64,000 nucleotides of DNA from Lytechinus pictus. Lineage: Eukaryota. This document shows positions 1 to 12,999 of the stretch, in pieces. The stretch spans positions 48,734,001 to 48,798,000 of the forward strand of contig NC_087251.1 of assembly GCF_037042905.1 (NCBI RefSeq). The letters run 5' to 3'. Below the pieces are notes generated by a model. It was given only the letters and a program-made list of their open reading frames with translations. It ran no database searches and had not been told where the DNA came from. How positions within the stretch are numbered: position 1 is the first letter of the stretch; the number at the start of each line of letters is the position of its first letter. Made by a program: the position numbers and the translations under genes.

Positions 1-105
1 TAAAACATAGTCTTTACAACGCTCTCAATTAGTAAAATATCAACGTTGATATAATTTTCAATATCACAGACATGATCTGTCGATAAAGCAGATTGAGCTC
101 TTCTC

Positions 106-1044
106 TCAAAGTTCATCGTTTTGCAATGATTCATCATCTTCACAAATTTCAAGGGCCACTTCTTGGAATCCAGATACTGCTGAAACACCAGACTGAGCTC
201 CCTCTTGTCCTTGGGGAACCTCACTGCTTCTGGTTTCTTCTTCAACCTGGAAAGCGTCCTCGCCTTGGTCTGTGGCGCCATCGTCAGTGTTATCACTTCC
301 TGCTCGTGAGATAGTGACCACGACGCTTTCGGTGTTGGTTTCCCCTTCGCCCGTGAAGCCTCCATTTTGAAGACTTTTTGCATTGACAACCGGATGTGAA
401 TTCCCGGCCGGCAGCGTCGAATGGCGCTTTACAGAGAGGCCTTTGCGTCTCCTACGGAAACCTTGGTGCACCTTCACACTGACGCGGTACGACTGCAGCG
501 CGACAATTAGTCCGTTTTTCGCGGCGAAGAAGATGAGTGTCTCCCCTACGTATCCTGTCGAGAACATGATGTAAAGGCGGAGGATCAAGTACGGGCCGTC
601 CTGCATGAAGATACTCACCATCAGAGACCATATCTCGCTTTCGCAATAGCAGCAGCAGGAAGCTTTACAGTTGAATCCATTAGGTTTGCTCCCTTGGACT
701 GCGGTTGAATCGTCGGAAGAGTCACGTGATTCGATTGGACCGGCGATGCGAGGTTTTCGCTGCTTCACCGCCGTTAACCCCAGGGGAATCTGTAGGAGGC
801 TCCAGCACCAGACAGCGATGATGAATCCAACGTAGATTTTATCACACGCCACAGCCTCGATACTCAGACTGTCCGTTGCAAATTCCAGCATATCTAGAGA
901 CATTGCTGTCAGAGCCAATAGCAGGCTGGAGAACTGATCATGTGATAGCTTGCCTTTGGGTGCCATCCAGCGACCGAAGATGATGACTAACATCATGATT
1001 TGCTGGAAGATGGAGGAATAGCGCCGACTCAAATCATGTGTTGC
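106..1044 (-). CDS. TMEM26: TMEM26-like membrane protein, last coding exon (exon 3 of 3)
   Basis: Acceptor ttgcag|GCA at 1045/1044 (phase 0). TMEM26-family motifs GRW.P.G.LS.DQ.S.LLL, DMLEF, W.WSLLQ, EIWSLMVSIFMQDGPYLILRL and FFAAKN; acidic tail; stop at 106-108. Joined CDS is 206+238+939 nt = 460 aa plus stop. Confidence 0.9.
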   Translation of the reverse strand, partial: ATHDLSRRYSSIFQQIMMLVIIFGRWMAPKGKLSHDQFSSLLLALTAMSLDMLEFATDSLSIEAVACDKIYVGFIIAVWCWSLLQIPLGLTAVKQRKPRIAGPIESRDSSDDSTAVQGSKPNGFNCKASCCCYCESEIWSLMVSIFMQDGPYLILRLYIMFSTGYVGETLIFFAAKNGLIVALQSYRVSVKVHQGFRRRRKGLSVKRHSTLPAGNSHPVVNAKSLQNGGFTGEGETNTESVVVTISRAGSDNTDDGATDQGEDAFQVEEETRSSEVPQGQEGAQSGVSAVSGFQEVALEICEDDESLQNDEL

Positions 1045-1388
1045 CTGCAAGTGAAGCAACATTGGAAATACTGAATTATTAGTTTGTTCATTTATAAATC
1101 CGTTGATACTATTTTTACATGGACAATAGAGATCATTTCTTTCTACTACGTGATGAATGTAACATCTTTCGGGTTCATCCCATGATGTGATCGGTTTAAG
1201 AAAATTTCAGTAATGACGAATGGAAATGACTGAAACAGAAAATCGATCAAGAAATACTCGTGTTTGTAGGCATATGCCCATATTTCATTGCAGTGTAACC
1301 TAAATTCATTTTTTTTCTCCATGTAGTATTTTGAATAAGACTGCACTGTCCCAATTTGTGTGGAAGCTAAAAGTACTATCAGACATGG

Positions 1389-3420
1389 TAAAATCAAAGA
1401 TACTACAAGGGGAAGATCGGAATGTACAAATAACGCGTAATGAAACGCTCGGGAAGAGCGCCCCACAGCGTTGAGTAAGTAACGACCTTTTTTACCTTTG
1501 CGTATCGCGAGATGGTTGTATACAAAACATATGAGAGAAATGGTGAAGGGTTGAAGGAATAGACAATTTTTACATTTTAATTTTCTTTTATTCATTTTTT
1601 TTTCTTAAATTAAAGATGAATATATTTCAGAGGTTTCTTTGTATTCCCATGTACCACCCTTGAGCCCTCTCCAGCGGCGTAACAGGGGTCGGTGGCCAGG
1701 GGGGGCAAGATCCAAAAATTTCCCGGTCATATCATGGTATGAACAGGCGTAATGGTGTAATGAGGCGACACATTGAGAAGGCCAGATATTGCGTATCGGG
1801 CTGAATTTATCTTTAAAAAAAAGTTGCAAGCGAGCGAAGCGAGCTAGCAAAAATTTTGAACTTTTTAATTAAAAAATTAAAATGTTGTGCTAGATTTTTG
1901 ACATGATATCCAAAAAATAATATATTTCACTCTTCTCTCTTATGATTCCTTTTTTGTGGTCTGTACGCCACTGTGAACAGGATTCTTTGCGGCAGTAGCG
2001 TGAAGAGTAAAAAAAAAAAAAAAAACGAGGGGCGCAGTATAGCACATGTCCTAAAAAGCTGCTCTATATAAGTCCAGAGCGAAGCGAGCGAGAAAAAAAT
2101 CACCTTTTCATGAGAATCTAACTTTGAGCTATTTTTTGACATTATATTCAGTAAATAAAATCATATCCTACACTTTTCCTTTGCTTTTCTTTCCTCCTTT
2201 TTTTTCTTGTCTGTAGAACTTTTTGGGGCCATGGCCCAACCCTTCCATACGCAGTGCTGTGCGGTTGGGGTCCGGGGCGGAGCCCCCGGAACTTCTTGAT
2301 ATCAAAGCCATCATAAAACATGTAAAACTTCACAGATTGCCGCTATTTTAATCAAAATCGCGGGCATATACAGAATATAGCTCTTACACAACACATTTAT
2401 TTAACCCAGTTGCGTAATCACCAAATATTTGGGGGGGGGGGCAAAACATAGCAATTTTGGAAAAAATTGTAAAAAGTCGCCAGTGTGCAAAGCGAGCTGG
2501 AAAAATATTGCCTATTGAAATTAAATTCTAATTATGTGATAGATTTTTTCATTATATTCAGCAAATAACACATTTCATTGGTTCCATTCATTTCATTATA
2601 TGTTGTCTCCTTTAATTTCTTTTATTTCCTCTTGGGTGTGGAACCAAGACCCCCCCCCCCCCCCCCCTCCGCGCCTGTATGCCAGTGATTGAACGGGGGG
2701 CGTTATAGAGCCATTTGAAGGTTATAAATGAAGAACCCCTACTGCATGGGGTCTGGGGCAAAGCACCGGTAGCTCATTTGCATAAAATTTAGCAACGTGA
2801 CAGCACAATGTTGTATGCAGCCCATCTTTCTTCCCGCTCTTTAATTTCAATCATCGGCAGCCCGGTCGTATTATTATTTATTTTTCTTGTCCCTTTCCTT
2901 TGTTTTCCAATTTAGCTTTTGGCTAATTACATTCTACCTTCGTTTCCCGCTATTGTTTGCCATTTTTTATCTTTTAATTTATTTCCCACCGTGTTATTGC
3001 ATTACATAGGCCTTAATGTTCTTCTTTCCTACATTTTCCCGCTTTCCTTCCTTTTCCATTAAAAAAATGGGATTTCTTCGTTTTCTTTTCCCTTTCCTTT
3101 TCCCCTTTCCTTTCCCTTCCCCTTTCTTTCTCCCTCCTTTTTTCTTTTTCCCGTTTTTCTTTTCTTTTCCCGGTGAAATCCGCCAGGGGGGGCAACTTGC
3201 CCCCCCTGCCCCCCCGCCTGTTACGCCACTGGCCCTCTCTAAAGTCCCCTCTCTCACACAGCTGCGTGCCGATGTGCCATGGTTTACTTACACAACGCTG
3301 TTGGGCGCCCTTCCCCAGGAGCATTTTTCGGGCGTTTGGGACACTGAACTGGAAGTGGTTTGGGAGCGTGTCAAAAATCGCCGAAGTGTCCGATCTTTCC
3401 CTTGTAGTATCTTTGGTAAA
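1389..3420. repeat. Old foldback (inverted-repeat) element in TMEM26 intron 2, split by a hAT insertion
   Basis: CAAAGATACTACAAGGGGAAGATCGGA (~1394) is the reverse complement of TCCGATCTTTCCCTTGTAGTATCTTTG (~3389). The segment at ~1455-1495 also matches ~3283-3320 inverted. True ends not resolved. Confidence 0.55.
1672..3231. mobile_element. Non-autonomous hAT-type element (1560 bp, composite interior)
   Basis: TIRs CAGCGGCGTAACAGG / CCTGTTACGCCACTG; exact 8-bp TSD GCCCTCTC at 1664-1671 and 3232-3239. Confidence 0.85.
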
Positions 3421-3730
3421 ATTAATACATTGGGTATAACTCCAAAATAATGCTTCCAATCTTCCTTTGAAATTCGTTTTTTTACTACGAGTATGATTTA
3501 ATTTTTTTCTCAGTACTTTCGTTGCTTCTATTACCAAGTCAACCCACCCGCAGTTTGAACCATCCCTATCAACCATATCATTATCAACGTTATCATTCTT
3601 ATCGTCAAAGGTGTCGTCATCATCATCATCATTATTATTCATTTATTTATCGTTATTGCTATTATTATTATCATTATCACCCTCATTACTATTTATATAT
3701 TATTTTCTTACAGATTCTACGGCTACCCAC

Positions 3731-3968
3731 CGGATCGAGCACATGGTCAGTGATGTTGGCTCCGAGGAGGCTGTCAAAGTGCGTATCAGCCTCTTCCTCC
3801 ATCGCCTCCACAACGGCTGAACGACACTCGTCATAGAACACAACAGGACAGGTGGTGGACATCTGCATGGCATCCACAACGTGCCTTCTGAAGTTGAGGG
3901 CGTAGATCTCCAGTATGATGATACAGGGGACAACCCATAGGAGATAAATGAAAACACTTGGTATAAAC
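3731..3968 (-). CDS. TMEM26: TMEM26-like, coding exon 2
   Basis: Acceptor ctag|G completes the split Trp codon (phase 2). Reads FIPSVFIYLLWVVPCIIILEI...DHVLDP, like the TMEM26 segment FSPAIFLYL..VPSLWLLE. Donor CCG|GTGGGT is phase 0, matching exon 3. Confidence 0.85.
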
Positions 3969-4280
3969 CTAGATGGGAAGAAGATTAAAAATATTATTAT
4001 ATTTATATTTCAGAATCATTTTGAGGAATCATAACCAGGGACTTGGCCATAAAAGTTTATGTATTATTACTGGGGGTGCTCTGACAATTTTCAGCATATC
4101 CAGTAACAATATAATGATCCTTCATGACCAAGTCCCTGTCATAACGTTACCATACATATCATTTTATCAACGTTTTAAGTACTTTGTGAACCTAACCCAT
4201 TTGATTGAAATTATAATAGGCATTTGTATAGCGCCATCTATCTAGAAACAATTTATTCCAATGCGCATTGATGTTATTAG

Positions 4281-4419
4281 TATTATTACCCCGGCTTTAG
4301 CACGAGCTGCCTTTCAGCGCTCGTGCATTCAAGGAATTAATCCTGCCGGGTACCCATTCACCTCACCTGAGACGAGTGCAGCACGGTGTTGATAAATTTC
4401 TTGCTGAAGGAAAACGCCA
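4281..4419 (-). mobile_element. SINE fragment (central part), same family as 55082-55412
   Basis: Shares TATTATTACCCCGGCTTTA...GGGTACCCATTCACCTCACCTG...GATAAATTTCTTGC.GAAGGAAA with the copy at ~55200-55340; the tRNA head is missing. Confidence 0.75.
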
Positions 4420-5999
4420 ACAAATTTTGTTTTCATGCACCAAGATAAAATCAAACATACCCAACGCACGTAAATCGTTTTCTTGAATAATTTAACAAAA
4501 AAAAGTAGAAATGGCGTAAGTCCAAAATGTTTGATTCCATGGAGTAAAACTTCCGAAAAAAGATGTATTGTCCAATTAGTCCTACTTTTCAAGAAATATA
4601 GGAAGATGATATTAAACTTCCTTCTTGTCCTTATAGAAATCCTTTTTTTTTAAAGTTCACTAATCTCCAGAAAACAGCGCTTTCATATGCAACTAGCAAC
4701 CCTCATGGTGTGTTAACACCTTTTCCAAAGTATGTTTTGGTTTTTGTAACCTAAACGCTCCATAATTTCATTAACGATCTGAAAATGATTACGTTCATGG
4801 CCGTTCGCTGGATTTGCTCCTAGAGGGATATAAGTAAAATATTTAAAAACCGTAGGAAGAAATTCCTGGGCAGCGCAGCTAAATTGGTTAATTATAGCAG
4901 CGCTTTGTATCCTCAGGCAAAATGCGCTTTATGAATTCAACTTTTATTATTATTATTATTATTATCATTATTAAAACGTTTGGAAGCGAGGGGACAAAAC
5001 GTCCGGTCTTCCCCCACTAAGCGTCTTTTGCATTTGAAAGATGGAATAGGATTTGGTGAATACTTCGCATATTTATTTAAAGAAAACTTGGACTAAATGA
5101 AATATTTTCGGAAAATTCCTGGGAGTGCGCATCTGCCCCCCCCCCCCTTCCCCTAATGATACGTACGGCCTTCACTTTTGGTACTCTCTTTCACTCTTTG
5201 CTATGGAATCAAACAACTGTTATAAACCATGAACTTAATTATCCTGGCTTGGAACAGGGTAATATCTTGTTGGGGAGGAGTGGATGTTATTGGCACGGAT
5301 TTGTCATCGAGAAGGTGTCAGTGCTAAAAAATGAATGCTTCGTCATCTTTGTAAGGCGTGATCTTAAATCTAAGGCAAATTTCCTATGACTATCCAGAAA
5401 TTTGCTTTCCACATTTTCTTAAACTCTTTTGACATTGTATTGCGTAGGCAGTGTTTTCAGTATCAATGTTCTGCACATTACATTAATTAGAAAGGAAATA
5501 GCGAAGAAAATGTTTGTGTCTTTAGTTCACCATGCAAATTTAGTTAGCCATTGAGAAGGACTATTAAGTTGGAGGAATGAAGATTATTAAGTGAAAATGA
5601 AGAAATTTTAGTGGAAAATGAGGTGCAAAGACTGGCAGTTAACTTTTGGATGATTCATTTTAGTTAATGTCCTTAATTAAAGCTTGACCCCTACCCCCCC
5701 CCCCATGAAATTTGTATATTCGATCAGCTTTAGGAAGGCCTTAAAACTAAAATATAAAGCGTGCGATTTTGCTATTTTGTTTACCTCCAACAAGGATCAT
5801 GATGACATTAGCATCAATATCAACATTTGCATTGGCATATCATGTCATTTCCCTACTAAATCTTTCTTGATGGCTTCCTTCCTATTTTCACACCAATGTA
5901 TTAATAACATATTATACAGATATTCCACATCAATGTATCAAATATAGTTTTAATTGTGAAACAAAAACTAGGAATTATTCGTCGCTGTAAACAGTATTT

Positions 6000-6801
6000 T
6001 GATAAAGCACAGTTGAACAAGCTGTATTTGGGCTTTTGTAATGCCTCATATAATGTATTGCTGTACCGTCTGGTCGGGAAGATCTGAAATTAATCACAGT
6101 AAGCTAGAGAGATTACATAAGAGGGCGGTATACATGGTGTCTAATTTCTCTTGGGAAACTCCATCTGAACAAATTTTTTAATTATCCTGGCCAAAAATAC
6201 GCAATGTCTTTTTTAGAGCATCTTGTTTAATGGTTTACAAGAAGCTGCTTTGTGATAAGTTTATTTATATAGAAGAAGTATCCTCTGGAACAACAAGGAG
6301 CACAAATAAGATGAAAATCAGGGTGCCATATGCTCGTACAACCTTCTACCAGAAATATTTTTTGTCACAGGCCCATTGCAATGGAATGAATTACCCGAAC
6401 GCGTCCGTTTCATAGAAGACATTAAACAATTTAAACGGTGAAATGGCAAAATGGGAAAAAACATTTGATATGTAATAGGGACTAATGGTGGAATCTATTC
6501 TATTCTTTCTCCTCATCTTGCACATGTCTTATCTCTTTGCATGTGTATATACAATTTTCGTTTACTTTTAGGTAACATTTGTACAGTATCATATTTCATT
6601 TTTTTTTTGTTATTTTCCATAGTTAATTATGATTATTTCATTATTTGATTTTTAATATTAGTATTTATGCTCTATTCGTTGTTTATATTTGAATATATCA
6701 CCATGTTTGATATTGTGTTTGTTACGAAGTGCCCCAACGAAAACCAGCTTGTTGCTGATTGGGCTACCCTTCTTTTAAATATTTGAAATAAATAAATAAA
6801 T
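6000..6801 (+). mobile_element. Decayed LINE (L2/CR1-group) 3' end
   Basis: Broken frames give YCCTVWSG...KLERLHKRAV and TRS...IRVPYARTTFYQK...GPLQWNELP, typical of the post-RT C-terminus of L2/CR1-group ORF2. An AT-rich 3' UTR follows, ending in a (TAAA)n tail. Confidence 0.7.
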
Positions 6802-7593
6802 ACAATGACAAAACTATCACTGCTGTTTTATTACTTTACTTTTAAAAAATATCCAAATGAATTACAACTGTCAATAACTTTGTAAATTAAAACCCATGAT
6901 AAAAAATAAATCCTCAATTAGATTATCAAGTATGTCTTCTTTTATCATGTGTGCCAAATTTTGAGGGGTAGATCAGAGCATTCTGGGGCTGTGGCGAAAA
7001 TTGTAAGCAAGTGCATAATTATAAAACCACACTTTGTAGTATGTGTCATTAAGACTGTCACTTATGCTTTGTAGATGTGAATTTAATTCAGAATATCAAA
7101 TTTTAACCACTTTTACTGACTGAGTGTTTCAGGATAAAGCACATTTTAAATTATGTTATGTACACCAACTATTACTTAAATGTAAAAAAAAAATGTTTCG
7201 TGTAACGTCCTCTTATATAGAAATATTTTCTAAGAGTATTATCATATCATCAGAAAGGGGGCACTTTTTTACTTTTAGACAAGAGGCAAATCCTTAAAAA
7301 TTCTAAATGTTAAACCATTGAAAAGTCTTGATCACGTTGGTAAGAAGATATGTACAAAATTTAAAATGTTACATGACAACATTTCAGTATCGTTTAACCA
7401 GATTGTCGAGAAAACATTAAATAAAATGATAACTGCATTCGCTTGTCAAAATCCCTTTTAACAATGTCTTATTCAGAATATGGATGAATCCATGTTCATT
7501 TAAGGAGGTTATTATAGTTTTATCACATGAATCGATACCAGGACGATAATTGGCTGATCAGGGCATATGAAAGTTTGCAATCAATCACAAAAA

Positions 7594-7816
7594 CACTCTA
7601 AAAAATATTGGGTAAAAATTCCCAATGAGGGTATTGTGTCCAACCAACATTGGGCATTTCTTTTGGGAATCCAGTGTGGTGAAAATTTGGCTCATTCTAA
7701 AGTAATTTCTGGCTTATTTTTTAACCTTACTGGACAATATGCTTCCCGCATTGGGTAAAATACTGCCCCAAGTTACCATCATGCTGGTTAAATTTTACCC
7801 ATTATTTTTTAGAGTG
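7594..7816. mobile_element. MITE with CAC...GTG termini (EnSpm/CACTA-like)
   Basis: TIR CACTCTAAAAAATATTGGGTAAAA / TTTTACCCATTATTTTTTAGAGTG; flanked by AA on both sides (2-bp TSD). Confidence 0.7.
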
Positions 7817-8052
7817 AATTTGGGATTAAACGAAAGCTGTTTTCTCAGCCAATGAATTTGTACCATTTCGGAAGATTATGACAGTGTGTATTAACATCAT
7901 TTGACCTGTGACTCGATTTCTCCAAGAAGAATTTTGAGACTTTTCTTCAACATATTAGCTACCATCCAAAAAAGATGCAATGGTTTACTTATAGCAGATT
8001 AAATTCCCCGACAGATGGCTATTTTTAGGGGTATCAATAAGGACAGTCTTAC

Positions 8053-8258
8053 CAAGTCCACTCTCCCCTCCTCTTGTACTTCAGAGTGACGATAACTTCG
8101 ATGGCTGATGGTATGAGGAGAGCGTTCAGGATGAAGACCCTGCCCTCCTTGATGATGTCGTGAACGAAAAATGTGAGTATAATGCCGTTGGCAGCGTAGA
8201 TGAGCCGGACAATGAGAGCCTTGAAGGCTGCAAACAGTGAAACTTTTTTCTCGTTCAT
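8053..8258 (-). CDS. TMEM26: TMEM26-like, coding exon 1
   Basis: MNEKKVSLFAAFKALIVRLIYAANG...IEVIVTLKYKRRGEWT(W), donor TG|GTAAGA at 8053/8052. An acceptor (gacag|G) 18 nt upstream of the ATG at 8277/8276 implies a further upstream exon. Confidence 0.85.
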
Positions 8259-11200
8259 TGTCCTCGCGATGTTGACCTGTCATTCAAAACAAGCAGAAAT
8301 CAGTTGTTAGATATTCCTCATTAACGATAAAAGAAAGAAAATGGACACATATACTAAAAAAAACTTACTGTCAAATAGTCTTGTTTTGGATCGAGTTATA
8401 CCAATGTGACGTTGTTGCGTGTATATTTTCCCTGTGTTTGAATGTCTAAAGCTACATGCATATACATGTATGAATGGTGATTCCACTTCAGTGGATTTTC
8501 ATTGAGACCCCTTCATTCTATAATGGCGAATACATGCAGGTCTGAAATAAAAGAAACTAGGATTTCCTAATCCATGACGTAATCTGGTTCTTTTCACGAT
8601 GATCCATGTTTTGAGAGGTTTGAGTCACTGAATAGTAAGTAAAGTAATAAATCCTTGATTGACCAATGAATAGATGGACAACCCCACGAGCACTTATCAG
8701 TTTATGCCTTTTGTCCCTTTTTGCCTCCTGTCAACGAATGGTTGCCATGGTTGCGGATAGGACGGGTGCTATGTACCTCATTGCATAGTGTTCAAAACTC
8801 TTGTACTATAAAATTGTTTGAGGTTCAACGTTCCGAGCTTAAATGAATGGTAAGTATGGGCTTAGAGTCAACTGAATATAACATCAAGCCAATATGACGA
8901 CACCTTGATACTACATTTTGATTGGCTCCTTACATTAACAAATAGCACATTGTTTAAGTATGTCACTCTATCAACAAATTGCTAAAACATTTTTTGTAAT
9001 TGTTTAAACTTTTTTAACTTGTTTAAAAATTAAAACAATAGTTAGTAAAGTGATGGGCTTAAACAACGTGCTTAAAATTGTAAACAGCGTTTTACAGTAC
9101 GGTGTAAAACCTATCTGTGAAATGACGAATTACACGAAAAATTTGGACTATAAAGCTTTGGTTTTGGCGTTACATTAAGATCGACCTGAGAGAACCTTGA
9201 TTTATGCTTTTCAAATGTCTAAAAACTGTGTATCAAATCCTAAAAATAATTATATGAGGTCAAAATGATCATTAAATTAAATCTACAAAATAATTAAGCA
9301 GCTCTCACCAAGCTGTGAAGACGGGGTCGAAATGCAAAGTAAGTCACACCACACATGTATCACTGAGGAGTTTTGGCTGAAACGATTTTGCAATACACTC
9401 TTATCTTTTGGAAAAACGATGGTCAAAAACGGTGGTCAGCCCTTAAAATTATGCTTAATCAATCGTCATATTGAATAACTTGCCCTGGACTTTATGTCAT
9501 TTTCAGGGAATCTATCTCCCGAGCAAAAAATAAAAGAATGATCATGTGCGCCACCATACGGTGCGCTGCGATGACCGATGACTGCGTGGAATAAACAAAT
9601 GACCATATTTTCGGCGGGTGATGTGTCAAGCAAAACCGGCCCTGACAGAATAAATGATAGAATAGGTGGCATCTAAATATAGTATCAAACGATGTGAAAC
9701 AGAAAAAGAAAGACTGAAGGGTTAAATATGATATTATACACTGAAAGTTTATCCCAAATTTAGATGTTCATTTAAGAAAAGATCAAAACTGTCATTCACT
9801 CGAGACTTTTTTTTAGATTGCGCTCTATACGTGCCCCTCCAAACGACTTAATTTGCCTTGACCGAGACCGATTCGCGCAGTCTGTGCTAACTCCAAACTT
9901 CACCTTCATGGGTGTAATTATTTTTCAAAAACTAACCAGTAGTTATTTAAATCATCTAAAAACGCTCGTAATTATTTATCAAAACACTAATTCCCCGAAG
10001 GACCGAATGATTTTCCTTTATGGGAGATTATGAATAAGAAATAATCCAAATTTATATTCATGTGAAGAAGAGTTCTCAGTGTGCATCGCAGATTTTATGT
10101 GACTTTTAAAAGTCTCTTTAGGCCTATGACGTCAATGGTACGGGTCTAAGATCTAAATATATATCTTGCATTGCTTCGAGCCACTAGTCCAATCTATTTA
10201 CCGTGACACAGATTCACCATTTTCATCAGGCTGCGCTCCTCAGAATATGAATTTCAACTAGAATCTACTAACAGCTCTAAGCATATGACAAATATAATTG
10301 TTGTGATATATACAGCATAATACTCATTGGCACGACCAAGCGCTGTTTTATCGTCCTAATTGTCGTCCTAATTGTGTTTACTTGGTAACAAAAGTCATTC
10401 TACAGATCAACGTGCCCCTTTTACGTCATGGTGACATCATGATGACAAAAGCTTATGATGATATTAACGCCTCCCTGGCGCTAAATTATTTTTATTACAC
10501 ATTTTTTGCCTGGTACCCTAGAGTTTTCAAAGAAACGCAAATTATGCAGTCAAAAAGGATTTATGGTTATCTGGAATTTGATATAGTGACGAACACTTAG
10601 TCATACATTTGGCCTAATCCAGAGTATTTAGCCCAGATCATTAAATGAAAATGAAAATTCAATTCATTTCAATCTATTCCTTAACCATCAAACACAAAAA
10701 CAATGCAAACAGATTGACAACAAAATTATGCGAAAATACAATGATAGTAAGGTGACCCCGGAAAAGCAAGGCAGTTGGCAAATTCGACGACATTCAAGTA
10801 TTACAAAAATAATTTTTGAATACGGAGGGACAGCTAGGGCTATCATTTTAAACAACAAAAACAGAATGATTTATGAATTAAAATGTATTCGTTATGATTT
10901 TCACACAGGCTACCCCCATGCCCCTTTCCCGAGGAGACGTTTCATCACAAGCCTCATGCATGCGATGACTGTGTTGGCTATATTAGCTATTACGCCTATA
11001 GTGATAACATAAGCAATCGGACAGGTCGATGGGATCAATGAATATCGAACAAAATAAAAAGGTAAGGATTACTTGTTTCGCTCCGTTTGTCATGTTTATG
11101 AACTTGTCAACGTAACTTTCTTTTTTTTTCTCTTATTGCAAAATAGCTATCGTAGTATAATTGAGTCATTTCCCTTTGAGCTAACCTTGGCAGGAATTCG

Positions 11201-12723
11201 TGAAGCAGAGATCGGTGTAGTAGTCATTAATTGATTGTTGTTATCGGTCATTATTTTGATGTATACTTCCCTGTCCATTTCCACAAAAAAATATGTTAGC
11301 GATAATGGTACAGCGGCGATAGCCGAGTATTTTCTAAAAAGTTGAATTCATAGAAAAGTAAGATATCCTGTACTTTTACGAGAAACTTATTCAAAAAGGC
11401 TGACTTTAGTCATTACTTAAAACGTAATTAGCATGAATATTACCAAAGCAATATTATTTAATAATAGGAAAAAATAATTTTTCATTATTATATATGCGAT
11501 ATTAAAAGAAAGAAGATAATGTGAAATATGCCTGATAATTTGAAATTTGGTTTGATGTTCCGGCCGGGGGTAAATATTAAGATAGATTTGAATTGTATTG
11601 TAATATCATTTTAAATCATAATTCATACCTCTTGCCTTTAGATGGTGCAAATGACCACATAGCTACTGATCAAACATAAAGTGAATAGGGAAAGGCTGGA
11701 CAATTACTGACCTTTACGTCACAAACTACATGGCACATTACCAAATAGATATCATAATCATACAAAGGGGTGTAGGATGTGTGCTCTGTTTTTTAATATC
11801 TGTACCAGAACATCCCTGATACCGAAGCGGGAATGGACCTTTCATATTAATACTAATCATGCAGATACATTTTAAGAACTGTACAAATGGATTTCTAGCC
11901 CATACACCGTGACAGACATTCAGAACAATGATACTATATAGTCTAAATCGAGAATGTATCGCCTACACCTTTTTTTTAGCTAAAAGTAAACGATAGATGA
12001 AATATTACACACAGTTTTATACCAACCTTTTATTACGAAGAAAGATCACTGTTGGGTGTCAGTTTGGTGGCAAACAAGTTGGAATATTCCCAAAATGTAA
12101 AAAGTGTCTTTAAAAGCACGAGTTGCATTATTCAGATGAAGACCTGAAGATTTGCTTAGACGTTGTTGCAGCAGGCCTCTGCTTTAAATGCAAAATGTGG
12201 AATATCGCTCTTAAATCCCATTTTCTCGTCTGCTTTTCGAAAATCTGACGAAAATAATTGCTTTCCAATGGTAGTTTGTTGCTGTTTAAATAGTTTTCCC
12301 GTCAGGGGAAACAGAATAGAGATTTGTGCACAGATTGACCTGGCATGAGGGTCTCAATTTCTTGGATTCATCATAATAAAAACTTAACAATAACCACCAA
12401 ATACTCATCTGGCCGTTAGCCAGGATGCTTGTTCCGAAAGAGCCAGAAAATTGAACAGTTGATCTGACATGGAAGGAACACTCTTAACCCAACTTTGTAA
12501 AATATAGGATATCTATGTCATTTGTAAATGCACGATAGGGCAGTTATTGAGAAATCATCATTATTAAAACAGGGGCAGACTATAATTCCGGGATAGCTTG
12601 GTATTTTTTTTATTCCCTATAGATAACTGCGGAAATCATAACAATTGAAATTAATTGGATTAACCTCATGAGCGTGAGTCAGTGATTTCCCATTATTCGT
12701 CATATAGGGATTTTTCCAAGGCG

Positions 12724-12999
12724 CACGACGGATTCAAGAACTCAGTAAATGTATTGGAAAGGCCTGCCAAATGACAAAGATCAGCTAGGGGTCTTTCTCG
12801 AGAATTAGTGAACCAGAACAGCAGTTTCGTCCTGAGTTTCAGAACTGACGAAAAATTGCAAAATTATGTCGTTTGTCCAGAGTCCAGGACGAAACAGTTG
12901 CTTTGAATCACCAATTTTCGACAAAGACATTTTGGTTGTTCATTGTCAAAAAGAGCATAATTATGACAATACATTTTCAATGTTCTTGAATCAGTCGTG
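12724..12999. mobile_element. MITE, copy 1 (second copy at 33964-34163)
   Basis: TIR CACGACGGATTCAAGAAC / GTTCTTGAATCAGTCGTG, CG on both flanks; interior homologous to 33964-34163. Confidence 0.7.

Noticed and set aside
2994..3836. Lys/Arg-rich, Phe-rich and His-rich ORFs
   Set aside because: Derived from polypyrimidine and (ATC/ATT)n low-complexity tracts inside a hAT element and intron.
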